Positions 18,495-27,862 of a stretch of DNA of 59,173 bases are shown in pieces. Position numbers and translations under genes: made by a program. The notes under the pieces were generated by a model, which saw only the letters and a program-made list of their open reading frames with translations, was not told where the DNA came from and searched no databases. Position 1 is the first letter of the stretch. Every line of letters starts with the position of its first letter. The DNA lies in assembly GCA_964521105.1 (NCBI GenBank), contig CAZFPO010000008.1:1-59173 (forward strand). The letters run 5' to 3'. This stretch comes from an uncultured Lentimicrobiaceae bacterium (GTDB lineage Bacteria; Bacteroidota; Bacteroidia; Bacteroidales; WCHB1-69).

Positions 18495-21302
18495 ATGGAC
18501 TTAAAACGACTTTTTCTGCTTGATGCTATGGCTTTGATATACAGAGCGTATTATGCACTAAATAAAAATCCTCGAATCACATCAAACGGACTAAATACTT
18601 CGGCGATATTAGGATTTACAAATACCTTGTATGATATTTTAAAAAATGAAAAGCCATCGCACATTGGTGTAGTTTTCGATTCGCATGCTCCCACCCTGCG
18701 AGTTATGGATTATGAGGATTATAAGGCAAATAGACAAGCAACTCCCGATGATATTGTTAATGCTTTACCTTACATTAAACAAATTGTCAAAGCTTTTGGA
18801 ATACCCATTCTTAAACTCGATGGCTACGAAGCAGACGATATTATTGGAACCATTGCCAATAAGGCTTCGGAGGCAGGATTTGAAGTGTTAATGATGACTT
18901 CCGATAAAGATTTCGGACAATTATTAACCGACAAAATTCACATCTATAAACCAGCAAAAATGGGCGAAAAGGCTCAAATAGTAAAAGTAGACGATTTTTG
19001 TGCAAAATACGAAATTAAAGAACCCAAACAATTTATCGATATTTTAGGTTTGTGGGGCGATGCCGTAGATAATATCCCAGGCATTCCAGGAGTTGGTGAA
19101 GTAACCGCCAAAAAATTAATTGCCCAGTTTGGTTCTATCGAAAATATGATTGAAAAAGTTGATGAAATTAGTAACGAAAAACTTCGTCAAAAAGTAATTG
19201 AAAATACAGAAAAAGCATTAATGTCGAAAAAATTAGCCACTATAATTTTAGATGTGCCCGTTGAATTTGAAGAAGACAAATTAAAATATGAAAATCTAAA
19301 TTTACCCGAATTAAAAAAATTGTTTCAAGAATTAGAGTTTAGAACATTAGCAAATAGAATTTTTACCGATTTTTCGGTAAAACCCCCTCCTGCCTCCGAA
19401 GGAAAACAAACAGCCATGTTGTTTTCGGACGGCGAACTTAATTTATTTTCCAATTTAGATGATAATCAATCTTTTCAATCTTCAAGCATTTATAAAAAGC
19501 TAAATTTGGAAGAATCTTCCTATACACAAATTATAACTACCGAAGAGTTAATAATTGCACTTGAAAACCTTGAAAATTCAAATAACTTTTCATTTTTCAC
19601 TACGGGCTTAAATGTTGGAATAATTGACTCGGAACCAATTGGAATAGCATTCTCGAACAATGACCATGTGGCTTTTTATGTTCCCTTATTTGGAACGGAT
19701 AATCGAGATGCTTTTATAAATCTTTTATCTGATTTTTTTAAGAATTCAAAAGCTGAAAAAATCACCTATGATTTAAAAACAAACTTTTCAAAATTGAAAA
19801 AATTAGGAATTCCTTTTCCCAATAATTGTCATGATTTAATGTTGGCACACTATATTATTCAGCCCGAAACCCGTCATGGTTTTGATTATCTTTGTCAAAC
19901 TAATTTAAAATATGAACCCATTAACATCGAGGATTTATTTGACTCAAAAAAACACTCTTTACATCAACTCTCTTTCGTTTTGGCTGATTCGGTTAAAAAC
20001 AGTTTGTGTGAGCGGGCTGATTTAATGTTACAATTATTTCCGAAAATTTTCAACGATATTAAAACAAATCCTGCGTATGGTTTATATTCCAACGTAGAGA
20101 TACCATTAACCGAAGTATTGTGTGATATGGAATATACTGGAGTAAGTATAGATAAATCTGCACTAAACAACTTTTCGGAAACACTCAAAAAAGAGATTGA
20201 AATCATTCAAAATCAAATATTTGAACAAGCGGGTGAAGTTTTCAACATCGCTTCACCTAAACAACTTGGTGAAATTTTATTCGACAAAATACTTGTGGAT
20301 CCTAAAGCAAAACGGACAAAAACCAAGCAATATCAAACGGGAGAAGACGTATTGCAAAAATTGGTCGGACAACACCCTATTATTCCTCTAATTCTTGAAT
20401 TTAGGAGCTTAACAAAGCTAAAGTCGACTTATGTTGATCCACTTCCACTACTTATCAATCCTAAAACTAATCGCATCCATGCCACGTTTAATCAAGCAGT
20501 AACCTCAACTGGACGATTAAGCTCAACTAATCCTAATTTACAAAATTTACCCATTCGTTCCGAAAAAGGCAAGGAAATTCGCAAAGCAATAATTCCATCA
20601 AGTTCTGATTATTTAATTCTTTCTGCCGATTATTCGCAAATTGAGTTACGAATAATAGCCTCGATGAGTGGTGATAAAAACATGTGCGAAGCGTTTGAAA
20701 CCGGAATGGATATTCATCGTGCAACCGCAGCAAAAGTGTTCGACATAAATCCCGAAGATGTTTCCCCCGAAAAGAGACGTAAAGCCAAAGCGGTTAATTT
20801 TGGCATCATTTACGGCATCTCGGCTTTTGGTTTAGCCGATCAACTTAGTATTTCTCGAAAAGAAGCAGCCTTACTTATTGAATCTTATTTTGAAAAATAT
20901 CCCGATGTAAAAAAATTCATGGATAACCAAATTATTAAAGCTAAAGAATTGGGCTATGTCGAAACGTTAATGCATCGCCGTAGATATTTAAATGACATTA
21001 ATTCCAGCAACTCTATTGTTCGTAATTTTGCCGAACGCAATGCAATTAACGCTCCTATTCAAGGTACGGCTGCCGATATGATTAAAATTGCTATGGTGAA
21101 AATTTTTAATGAATTTAATAAAAACAACTTAAAATCGGAGGTTTTAATCCAAGTTCACGACGAACTTGTTATTGAAGTTTTAAAATCGGAAATTGAAACT
21201 GTGAAAAATATAGTAAAAACCGAAATGCAAAATGCTTTGCCTTTAAATGTTCCTGTTGACGTTCAAATTGAAGTTGGAAATAATTGGATTGAAGCACACT
21301 AA
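18495..21302 (+). CDS. polA: DNA polymerase I
   Basis: 5'-3' exonuclease (LLDAMALIYRAYY, GYEADD, GDAVDNIPG); polymerase motifs TGRLSS, SADYSQIELR, AKAVNFGIIYG, QVHDEL. Confidence 0.98.
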   Translation: MDLKRLFLLDAMALIYRAYYALNKNPRITSNGLNTSAILGFTNTLYDILKNEKPSHIGVVFDSHAPTLRVMDYEDYKANRQATPDDIVNALPYIKQIVKAFGIPILKLDGYEADDIIGTIANKASEAGFEVLMMTSDKDFGQLLTDKIHIYKPAKMGEKAQIVKVDDFCAKYEIKEPKQFIDILGLWGDAVDNIPGIPGVGEVTAKKLIAQFGSIENMIEKVDEISNEKLRQKVIENTEKALMSKKLATIILDVPVEFEEDKLKYENLNLPELKKLFQELEFRTLANRIFTDFSVKPPPASEGKQTAMLFSDGELNLFSNLDDNQSFQSSSIYKKLNLEESSYTQIITTEELIIALENLENSNNFSFFTTGLNVGIIDSEPIGIAFSNNDHVAFYVPLFGTDNRDAFINLLSDFFKNSKAEKITYDLKTNFSKLKKLGIPFPNNCHDLMLAHYIIQPETRHGFDYLCQTNLKYEPINIEDLFDSKKHSLHQLSFVLADSVKNSLCERADLMLQLFPKIFNDIKTNPAYGLYSNVEIPLTEVLCDMEYTGVSIDKSALNNFSETLKKEIEIIQNQIFEQAGEVFNIASPKQLGEILFDKILVDPKAKRTKTKQYQTGEDVLQKLVGQHPIIPLILEFRSLTKLKSTYVDPLPLLINPKTNRIHATFNQAVTSTGRLSSTNPNLQNLPIRSEKGKEIRKAIIPSSSDYLILSADYSQIELRIIASMSGDKNMCEAFETGMDIHRATAAKVFDINPEDVSPEKRRKAKAVNFGIIYGISAFGLADQLSISRKEAALLIESYFEKYPDVKKFMDNQIIKAKELGYVETLMHRRRYLNDINSSNSIVRNFAERNAINAPIQGTAADMIKIAMVKIFNEFNKNNLKSEVLIQVHDELVIEVLKSEIETVKNIVKTEMQNALPLNVPVDVQIEVGNNWIEAH

Positions 21303-21312
21303 AATGTAACTG

Positions 21313-22800
21313 CTATGGTATAATTAATTTTTCGCCAATTTTAATTAACGAATTACTCATTTTATTTGCCTTTTTTATAGCATCAACCGAACACTTGTAT
21401 TTTTTAGACAAACTATTTAAGGTGTCGCCCTTTTTAACAATGTGAGTTTTGGTTCGCGTGGAGGAATCACGATTCTTTTGCTTTTTTGAAACTATATCCT
21501 CATCCACACTTATTTTAAAATCTTCCATTTCCTTAGTAATTACAGACATCAAGGAATCTGTTTCTAACGATTTTGGGTACACCACATTAAACGCATTAAA
21601 AAAAGCTAAACTGAGCAAATCGCCTTGCAGGTAATATCCCGTTTTAAAAAAGTGCAATTTGTCTTTTTGAGCCAATCCATTAGCTTTCCATTTTACCATC
21701 GAATTATCTCCGCCCATAACCAAGTTCAAGTCCCAATATGCAGAATTGGTTTTAAGAGCAATTTTTTCGAGCGTTCGATTAATCGCCATTTTATGAACTG
21801 GTCGACGATTGTTGCTTTTGGTATCTGGAGCCAACGTAATCAATACTTCAACTCCTGGTATTTCCTTTTTAATTTGTTCAATAAATCTGGAAATATCTTT
21901 AAAATATCCAATAGAATCAAATTCGGGCAAATAGGTTTCGTTTGATCCATAGGAAAAAATGATTAAATCGGGTTTTAAAAAAATTAATTGCGGAATTAAT
22001 AACGGATTGTTTCTGGAAATTTGAAAAAAATGGGCACCAACAACTCCACAATGATGATATTGAACGCCTCTTCTTTGGCTACCTTCGTACATTACTCCGT
22101 TAAACAAAAAATCATTTTGTAGGTTGCTTGTTTTCTTTAATTTGAAACTAATTTCTGTGTTTTCAGCAGGAATGCAAATCTTGGTTATATCACATTTTAA
22201 CGATAGATTTTTGGAAATTAAAAGCGAATCGCCAAGTGGCGTTGAACAAATTAATTGATAATTGTTTGTACCATGAAATATTGTTACCGTTTGATGGGTT
22301 GATTCTTTCAAATACTCCTCATTCTTTAAATATTTTAGCTCAAAGGAGGAATTTGTATCCAGTGTGCGAAGTGCATATCCTTTTATACCAATCGGTATTT
22401 TATTGGGATGTGAAGTAACATTATTAAAATCCCAATTCCCTTTAAAACTCGCTTTTAAATTATATGGTCCAATACTTCTACACGCCGAATAGGGAAAAAG
22501 AACTCCATAACCGGCATCACCAAAAATTGTTTTTATGTTTTTTTCAAATGTTCCCGAAAAATAACCGATTTGAATATGAGAATCGCCAAAATGAACAACT
22601 ACAAAAGTTGAATCAGTCCCATTTTTTATTGATTGTAATTTTTGAAAAGTTTTAGTGAGTGCTTGATTATTTTTAATAATGTTTTCCGACAGATTTATTG
22701 GGTTTGCCGATAACATCGTGTCTTTTTCGAGATTTTGTGATTTTAATGTGCTATTAAAAATTATTAAACACACTATTAAACAACACTTTAACTTTTTCAT
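21313..22800 (-). CDS. SGNH/GDSL O-acetyltransferase (PatB/AlgJ-like) with C-terminal LysM
   Basis: HFGDSH, YGSNE, DKLHF; LysM HIVKKGDTLNSLSKKY..IKIGEKLIIP; signal peptide. Confidence 0.85.
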   Translation of the reverse strand: MKKLKCCLIVCLIIFNSTLKSQNLEKDTMLSANPINLSENIIKNNQALTKTFQKLQSIKNGTDSTFVVVHFGDSHIQIGYFSGTFEKNIKTIFGDAGYGVLFPYSACRSIGPYNLKASFKGNWDFNNVTSHPNKIPIGIKGYALRTLDTNSSFELKYLKNEEYLKESTHQTVTIFHGTNNYQLICSTPLGDSLLISKNLSLKCDITKICIPAENTEISFKLKKTSNLQNDFLFNGVMYEGSQRRGVQYHHCGVVGAHFFQISRNNPLLIPQLIFLKPDLIIFSYGSNETYLPEFDSIGYFKDISRFIEQIKKEIPGVEVLITLAPDTKSNNRRPVHKMAINRTLEKIALKTNSAYWDLNLVMGGDNSMVKWKANGLAQKDKLHFFKTGYYLQGDLLSLAFFNAFNVVYPKSLETDSLMSVITKEMEDFKISVDEDIVSKKQKNRDSSTRTKTHIVKKGDTLNSLSKKYKCSVDAIKKANKMSNSLIKIGEKLIIP

Positions 22801-22801
22801 T

Positions 22802-24250
22802 TTAAAATTGGAAATAGATAAATGGTTGCACCGATGAAGATTTAACTTGTAAAAATAATTGAATTAAAACAGCTAAAAGTACAAATTTTAAAATCAAGTC
22901 GGTGTTATAGAATTTGTTTTTCACAATTTCTTTGAATTTTTCGGGAAGCATTGTTGCTGCGAAACCGAATAATAACATGAAAATTAAAAGTGGATTAGTG
23001 GCATATAGAGGAGAAAAATAGGCAAAATCAAAATTGGTGAAAATATTTTGATAAACAATAATTGCATCGTTCATTGTAACGGCTCTAAATGGTATCCATA
23101 ACAACGAAACGCATATAAAAGTAATGGACCACGATGCAATTTTATAGAATGGATTATTAATTTTTGTAGGATAATACTTAGTAATAAGTTTATGAATGAT
23201 TAATAAAACACCGTGCCCTGCTCCCCAGAAAACAAATTTCCAGCTTGCTCCATGCCAAAATCCACCAATTAGCATAGTAAGCAAAAGAAATAATAATTGC
23301 ATGCTGAATCCTTTTCTGTTACCCCCAAAAGGAATATAAATATAGTCGCGAAGCCATGATGAAAGCGAAATGTGCCAACGTCGCCAAAAATCGGTAATAT
23401 TTAACGATTTATATGGCGACCGGAAATTTACACAAAGTCTAAATCCAAGCAACAAAGCAATTCCAATAGCCATATCGGTATAACCACTAAAATCGCAAAA
23501 TATTTGCAATGTATAGCTTAACGATGCAATAACATGCTCAAATCCCGAAAAACCATCTGGAGCCGAAAAAACCGAATCGGAATATTGAGCAATATAATCG
23601 GCAATAATAGCTTTTTTAATAAATCCCTTTGTTATTAAATATAAAGCTTCATTTATTTTGTCTTTATCTATTACCGTAGGTTGGTCGATTTGTGGTAAAA
23701 AATCACGTGCTCGAACAATTGGACCAGCAACTAAGTGCGGGAAAAAGCTCATATAAAGCATGTAATTTTTATACCCACTTGGTTTTAATTTTTTTTGATA
23801 AATGTCAACCAAATAACTGATAGACTGAAATGTATAAAACGAGATTCCAATAGGTAATATTAATTCATCAAATGAATAGCTGCCTCCGGTGATATACGAA
23901 ACGTTTTCTAAAAAGAAATTCCGATACTTAAAATACATCAAAAACGATAAACTAAAAAGAATACCGCTAATTAAAATCAGCTTTTTATGTTTTAAATTTT
24001 GGGTTTTATCCATCCAAATCGAAAACAAATAATCGACAGAAAGGCACGTAAATAAAAGAATTAAGAAATGTCCGCTCGATTTATAATAAAAGTAAAATCC
24101 GAAAATGATGATTGCAACATCTCTAATATGTCTTTTCTGAAAGACAAAAGAATAAAAAACTAAAAAAACCGAAAAAATGAGTAGAAAAAATCCGGTATGA
24201 AACAGTAAGGGTTCATTCGAGTTGTGCAAAAAAACATTAAGCCATTCCAT
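22802..24250 (-). CDS. MBOAT O-acyltransferase (PatA/AlgI-like)
   Basis: LPIGISFYTFQ, FFPHLVAGPI, DFSGYTDMAIG, DFWRRWHISLS, GFWHGA. Confidence 0.95.
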   Translation of the reverse strand: MEWLNVFLHNSNEPLLFHTGFFLLIFSVFLVFYSFVFQKRHIRDVAIIIFGFYFYYKSSGHFLILLFTCLSVDYLFSIWMDKTQNLKHKKLILISGILFSLSFLMYFKYRNFFLENVSYITGGSYSFDELILPIGISFYTFQSISYLVDIYQKKLKPSGYKNYMLYMSFFPHLVAGPIVRARDFLPQIDQPTVIDKDKINEALYLITKGFIKKAIIADYIAQYSDSVFSAPDGFSGFEHVIASLSYTLQIFCDFSGYTDMAIGIALLLGFRLCVNFRSPYKSLNITDFWRRWHISLSSWLRDYIYIPFGGNRKGFSMQLLFLLLTMLIGGFWHGASWKFVFWGAGHGVLLIIHKLITKYYPTKINNPFYKIASWSITFICVSLLWIPFRAVTMNDAIIVYQNIFTNFDFAYFSPLYATNPLLIFMLLFGFAATMLPEKFKEIVKNKFYNTDLILKFVLLAVLIQLFLQVKSSSVQPFIYFQF

Positions 24251-24256
24251 ATTTTT

Positions 24257-25051
24257 TTATTTTTCCTGTGCAATAATAATAAGAGGAGAGTTTTCAATTT
24301 TTAAAACAGTATCTTTTTTAATACTTAAATTTAGTCCATACTTTCTAAGGCTTGTAACGTATGTTGCCACACTATCCATCCAAATTTTTGCTCCATCTTT
24401 TGATGGGTGCATTTTATCCTTTGCTCGTTCGAGTTTTAATTTGTGCGATGGATAAAAAAAAGCACCATTCGTCTCGGCTAATAAATTGGTGATACCTTTA
24501 TCTTGTTTCCATGCAGCAGGACCAATCCAAAAATACTTAATTCCAAATTTTTTAATGGAACCTATAATTTTGTTTACATATTCCCTTCTATTATCCATGT
24601 CAGTAACAAAAAGCTCATTTAAACCTAAAGCAATAAATAAATAAGTTGGTTTAAATTTATTTAAAAAGTATGTTAATGTATCCGATTCGCCCCAAACTTT
24701 AGTTGAAGAACCATACCATAAAACCGAAGCTACCAAGTCGTGATTATTTAACGCACAATAGTTATAAATTGGTCGTCTTAATCCTTCTAATTGTGAATCA
24801 CCAATTAATAAAACACGTTCACGCCCCGAAGTATCCATAGATAAATAATCACTAGTGTCTTTCGTAATGTCTTCTAATGTAATAACCGAATCGTTTTTTA
24901 ATGAATCTTGTGATATTTCGATAAATGGATTGCTTGCCTTTTTAAGTTCAAAAACGATGGCTTTATCGCGAATACTTAGTATTAAAAACAAAATAAATAA
25001 TGCTAATAAGCCAATTCCTATATAAAGTATGTTTCGCTGTGTTGTGTTCAC
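24257..25051 (-). CDS. Membrane-anchored SGNH hydrolase-like protein (DUF459/PatB-like)
   Basis: N-terminal TM helix; LIGDSQ, LGLNE, DKMHP. Confidence 0.78.
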   Translation of the reverse strand: MNTTQRNILYIGIGLLALFILFLILSIRDKAIVFELKKASNPFIEISQDSLKNDSVITLEDITKDTSDYLSMDTSGRERVLLIGDSQLEGLRRPIYNYCALNNHDLVASVLWYGSSTKVWGESDTLTYFLNKFKPTYLFIALGLNELFVTDMDNRREYVNKIIGSIKKFGIKYFWIGPAAWKQDKGITNLLAETNGAFFYPSHKLKLERAKDKMHPSKDGAKIWMDSVATYVTSLRKYGLNLSIKKDTVLKIENSPLIIIAQEK

Positions 25052-25092
25052 CCTTGAATACTAATTAAAAAAATTGTGAAAAAATTTTCGTG

Positions 25093-25100
25093 CAAAATTA
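25093..25100 (-). promoter_or_regulatory. -7 promoter box (TAATTTTG) for the SGNH-MBOAT-SGNH/LysM operon
   Basis: TAnnTTTG on the minus strand upstream of 25051. Confidence 0.5.
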
Positions 25101-25240
25101 ATGGATTTATTTAGTTTACAAAGACTTATTTTTTTAGTAATTCAAACAAAAAATAAATATTTTTCTTTTTAAACTTCTATAAATTTTAATAGTTTTAATG
25201 GCTTTAAAATAATATCAATATCTTAGCAAAAAATTATTCT

Positions 25241-25813
25241 ATGATTATCATCGGAATTACTGGAACAATAGGTGCTGGAAAAGGAACTATTGTCGATTAT
25301 ATTGTTGAAAAACACGGATTTAAACATTTATCGGTACGTCAATTTTTAATTGATATTATTCTCGAACGTGGTCTTACTCCAAATCGCGACTCTATGGTGT
25401 CGGTAGCCAATGAGTTACGTGCGGCTCACGAACCTTCATACATTACCGATCGATTGTATGACAAAGCCATTGAATCGGGACAAAACTGCATCATCGAAAG
25501 CATTCGTACTCCTGGTGAAATTATTTCACTTCGTAAAAAAGAGAATTTTTATCTCTTTGCTGTTGATGCTGAGCCTAAAAAGCGTTACAACCGGATTGTT
25601 ATTCGAAATTCAGAAACGGATAACATCAGTTTTGAAACCTTTTTAGCAAACGAAGAACGCGAAATGAAATCGGAAAATCCGAATCATCAAAACTTATCAA
25701 AGTGCATTCAGATGGCAAATTATGTGTTTTCAAATAACAAAACAATTGAAGATTTACAAAACGAAATTGAAGCCATTTTGGTTGAAATAAATAATAAAAT
25801 TACGAAAGCATAA
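25241..25813 (+). CDS. P-loop nucleotide-monophosphate-kinase-like protein (dephospho-CoA kinase/AAA-like fold)
   Basis: IIGITGTIGAGKGT Walker A, IIESIRTP, AVDA..KRY.R, ANYVFSNN. Confidence 0.8.
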   Translation: MIIIGITGTIGAGKGTIVDYIVEKHGFKHLSVRQFLIDIILERGLTPNRDSMVSVANELRAAHEPSYITDRLYDKAIESGQNCIIESIRTPGEIISLRKKENFYLFAVDAEPKKRYNRIVIRNSETDNISFETFLANEEREMKSENPNHQNLSKCIQMANYVFSNNKTIEDLQNEIEAILVEINNKITKA

Positions 25814-25814
25814 T

Positions 25815-26309
25815 ATGGAAACTGAAGAAAAATACGTCCGTCCATCATGGGATGAATATTTTATGGAAATTGCAAAAACTGTAGCAAAGCGAGCCACCTG
25901 CGACCGTGGACGAAGTGGATGTGTTATTGCACGAGACAAGCAATTGTTGGTTACAGGTTATGTAGGTTCTCCTATTGGCTTGCCTCATTGCGACGAAGTT
26001 GGTCATCAGTTTAAACAAATGGTACACGAAGACGGCCACGTAACCAACCATTGTGTTCGCACGGTACATGCCGAACAAAACGCCATTTGTCAAGCAGCCA
26101 AATTAGGTATTGCTTTAACCGGAGCTACTTTATATTGCCGAATGACACCCTGCCGAACCTGTGCAATGCTAATTATTAATTGTGGAATTATCCGCGTAGT
26201 GTGTGAAAAAAAATACCATGCCGGTGCCGAATCCGAAGCCATGTTTGCCGAAGCTGGCTTGAAACTGGAATATGTTGACGAAGAAATTCTTAAATACGAA
26301 AAACAATAA
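25815..26309 (+). CDS. dCMP/cytidine deaminase family protein (ComEB/DCTD-like)
   Basis: RPSWDEYFM, RATC, HAEQNAI and PCRTC zinc motifs. Confidence 0.92.
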   Translation: METEEKYVRPSWDEYFMEIAKTVAKRATCDRGRSGCVIARDKQLLVTGYVGSPIGLPHCDEVGHQFKQMVHEDGHVTNHCVRTVHAEQNAICQAAKLGIALTGATLYCRMTPCRTCAMLIINCGIIRVVCEKKYHAGAESEAMFAEAGLKLEYVDEEILKYEKQ

Positions 26310-26312
26310 ACG

Positions 26313-26342
26313 GTTGTCCGAAGTTTATCAACTTCGGACAAC
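26313..26342. repeat. REP-like palindrome GTTGTCCGAAGTT-TATC-AACTTCGGACAAC
   Basis: Perfect 13-bp stem; near-copy at 33809-33837; T-run follows, so it may also terminate. Confidence 0.8.
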
Positions 26343-26378
26343 TTTTTTTCGTAGTTTTGCACAAAATTTTGACTATTT

Positions 26379-27458
26379 ATGGATAATTTACTCGAAAAAC
26401 TTCAGTCCATCTATCACCGATGGATTGAAATTGGTGAAAAAATAACCGACCCCGAAATCATGTCGGACATGAAACAATACATCAAACTGAATAAAGATTA
26501 TAAAGATTTGATTCCAGTTGTCGATGCATATAAAGAATACAAAAACACCATTGATAATATTAAAAGCGCGAAAGATGTTTTACTGGTTGAAAAGGATGAT
26601 GAGTTTCGAGAAATGGCTAAAGCTGAATTGGATGAATTATCCATAAAAAAAGAAACCCTCGAAGAAGAAATTCGGATTTTACTGCTTCCCTCCGACCCTC
26701 AAGATTCAAAAAATGCTATTGTTGAAATTAGAGCTGGAACAGGTGGCGACGAAGCTTCCATTTTTGCAGGCGATTTGTTTAGAATGTATGTCCATTTTTG
26801 CGAAACTAAAAATTGGAAAATCGAAATTGCTAGCCAAACCGAAGGAACAATGGGCGGTTTTAAGGAAATAATAATGAATGTTTCGGGCGATAAAGCATAC
26901 GGAATTCTAAAATACGAATCAGGTGTTCATCGCGTACAACGTGTTCCTCAAACCGAAGCACAAGGTCGCGTTCACACTTCGGCTGCATCGGTTGTAGTTT
27001 TACCCGAAGCCGATGAATTTGATGTGGATATTAAAGCCAATGATATTCGCAAAGATACCTACTGCTCTTCTGGTCCTGGCGGACAATCGGTTAACACAAC
27101 CTATTCTGCGGTTCGTTTAACGCATATTCCAACGGGTATTGTTGTGGCTATTCAAGATGAAAAATCTCAAATCAAAAATCTCGAAAAAGCTATGAAGATT
27201 TTACGTTCTAGAATATTTGAAATCGAATATCAAAAATACTTGGATGTAATCACTTCTAAACGTAAAACGATGGTTTCAACTGGAGATCGTTCTGCAAAAA
27301 TCAGAACATATAATTATCCTCAAAATCGTGTTACCGATCACAGAATTAATTATACAATGTATAATCTTACTGGCTTTATGGATGGCGACATCGAAACTCT
27401 TATTGAAGCCTTACAGGTTGCCGAAAATGCCGAACGTATGAAAGAAGACATTGGTTAA
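26379..27458 (+). CDS. prfA: Peptide chain release factor 1
   Basis: EIRAGTGGDEA, KYESGVHRVQRVPQTE, GPGGQSVN, DRSAKIRTYN. Confidence 0.97.
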   Translation: MDNLLEKLQSIYHRWIEIGEKITDPEIMSDMKQYIKLNKDYKDLIPVVDAYKEYKNTIDNIKSAKDVLLVEKDDEFREMAKAELDELSIKKETLEEEIRILLLPSDPQDSKNAIVEIRAGTGGDEASIFAGDLFRMYVHFCETKNWKIEIASQTEGTMGGFKEIIMNVSGDKAYGILKYESGVHRVQRVPQTEAQGRVHTSAASVVVLPEADEFDVDIKANDIRKDTYCSSGPGGQSVNTTYSAVRLTHIPTGIVVAIQDEKSQIKNLEKAMKILRSRIFEIEYQKYLDVITSKRKTMVSTGDRSAKIRTYNYPQNRVTDHRINYTMYNLTGFMDGDIETLIEALQVAENAERMKEDIG

Positions 27459-27523
27459 ACGCCTTATTTTTAATATTTCTAAATTATTGAAAAATATCTA
27501 TTTTTAATGTTTCTCTTTAAGAA

Positions 27524-27568
27524 TTTGACTACATTTGACAAAAAATGTCAACACTTATTATGTCAACA
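27524..27568 (+). promoter_or_regulatory. Promoter (TACATTTG, 27530-27537) overlapped by palindrome TTGACA-AAAAA-TGTCAA (27535-27551) and extra half-sites; candidate controller-protein operator
   Basis: TTTGAC twice (27524, 27534); ATGTCAACA twice (27545, 27560). Confidence 0.55.
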
Positions 27569-27856
27569 GTCGGAATCAAATTAAGGGAACTTAGAGAAAA
27601 ATCGGGACTTTCACTCCGAAAAGCAGCAGTACAAGTAGATATTGATGTTGCGATTTTGAGCAAAATGGAAAGAGGGGAACGAAAATTCACGAAAGAATTA
27701 ATTATTAAACTTTCTGAGTTATACAATTTTAATCCTGAAAACTTAATAATAGATTTTCTTAGCGAAAAAGTTGTTTACGACTTGAAAGACGAAGAATTTG
27801 GATTGAAGGCATTAAAAGTGGCTGAACAAAAAATCAAGTACAACAAAGCAAATTAG
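27545..27856 (+). CDS. XRE-family HTH regulator, probable R-M controller protein (start may be 27560)
   Basis: LRELREKSGLSLRKAA..LSKMERGER; immediately upstream of the R-M gene. Confidence 0.85.
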   Translation: MSTLIMSTVGIKLRELREKSGLSLRKAAVQVDIDVAILSKMERGERKFTKELIIKLSELYNFNPENLIIDFLSEKVVYDLKDEEFGLKALKVAEQKIKYNKAN

Positions 27857-27862
27857 ACAATT

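Noticed and set aside
25052-25240. AvcI-like antitoxin sRNA upstream of the kinase-deaminase pair
   Set aside because: Only 189 bp, very AT-rich, holds divergent promoter signals, no evident structure
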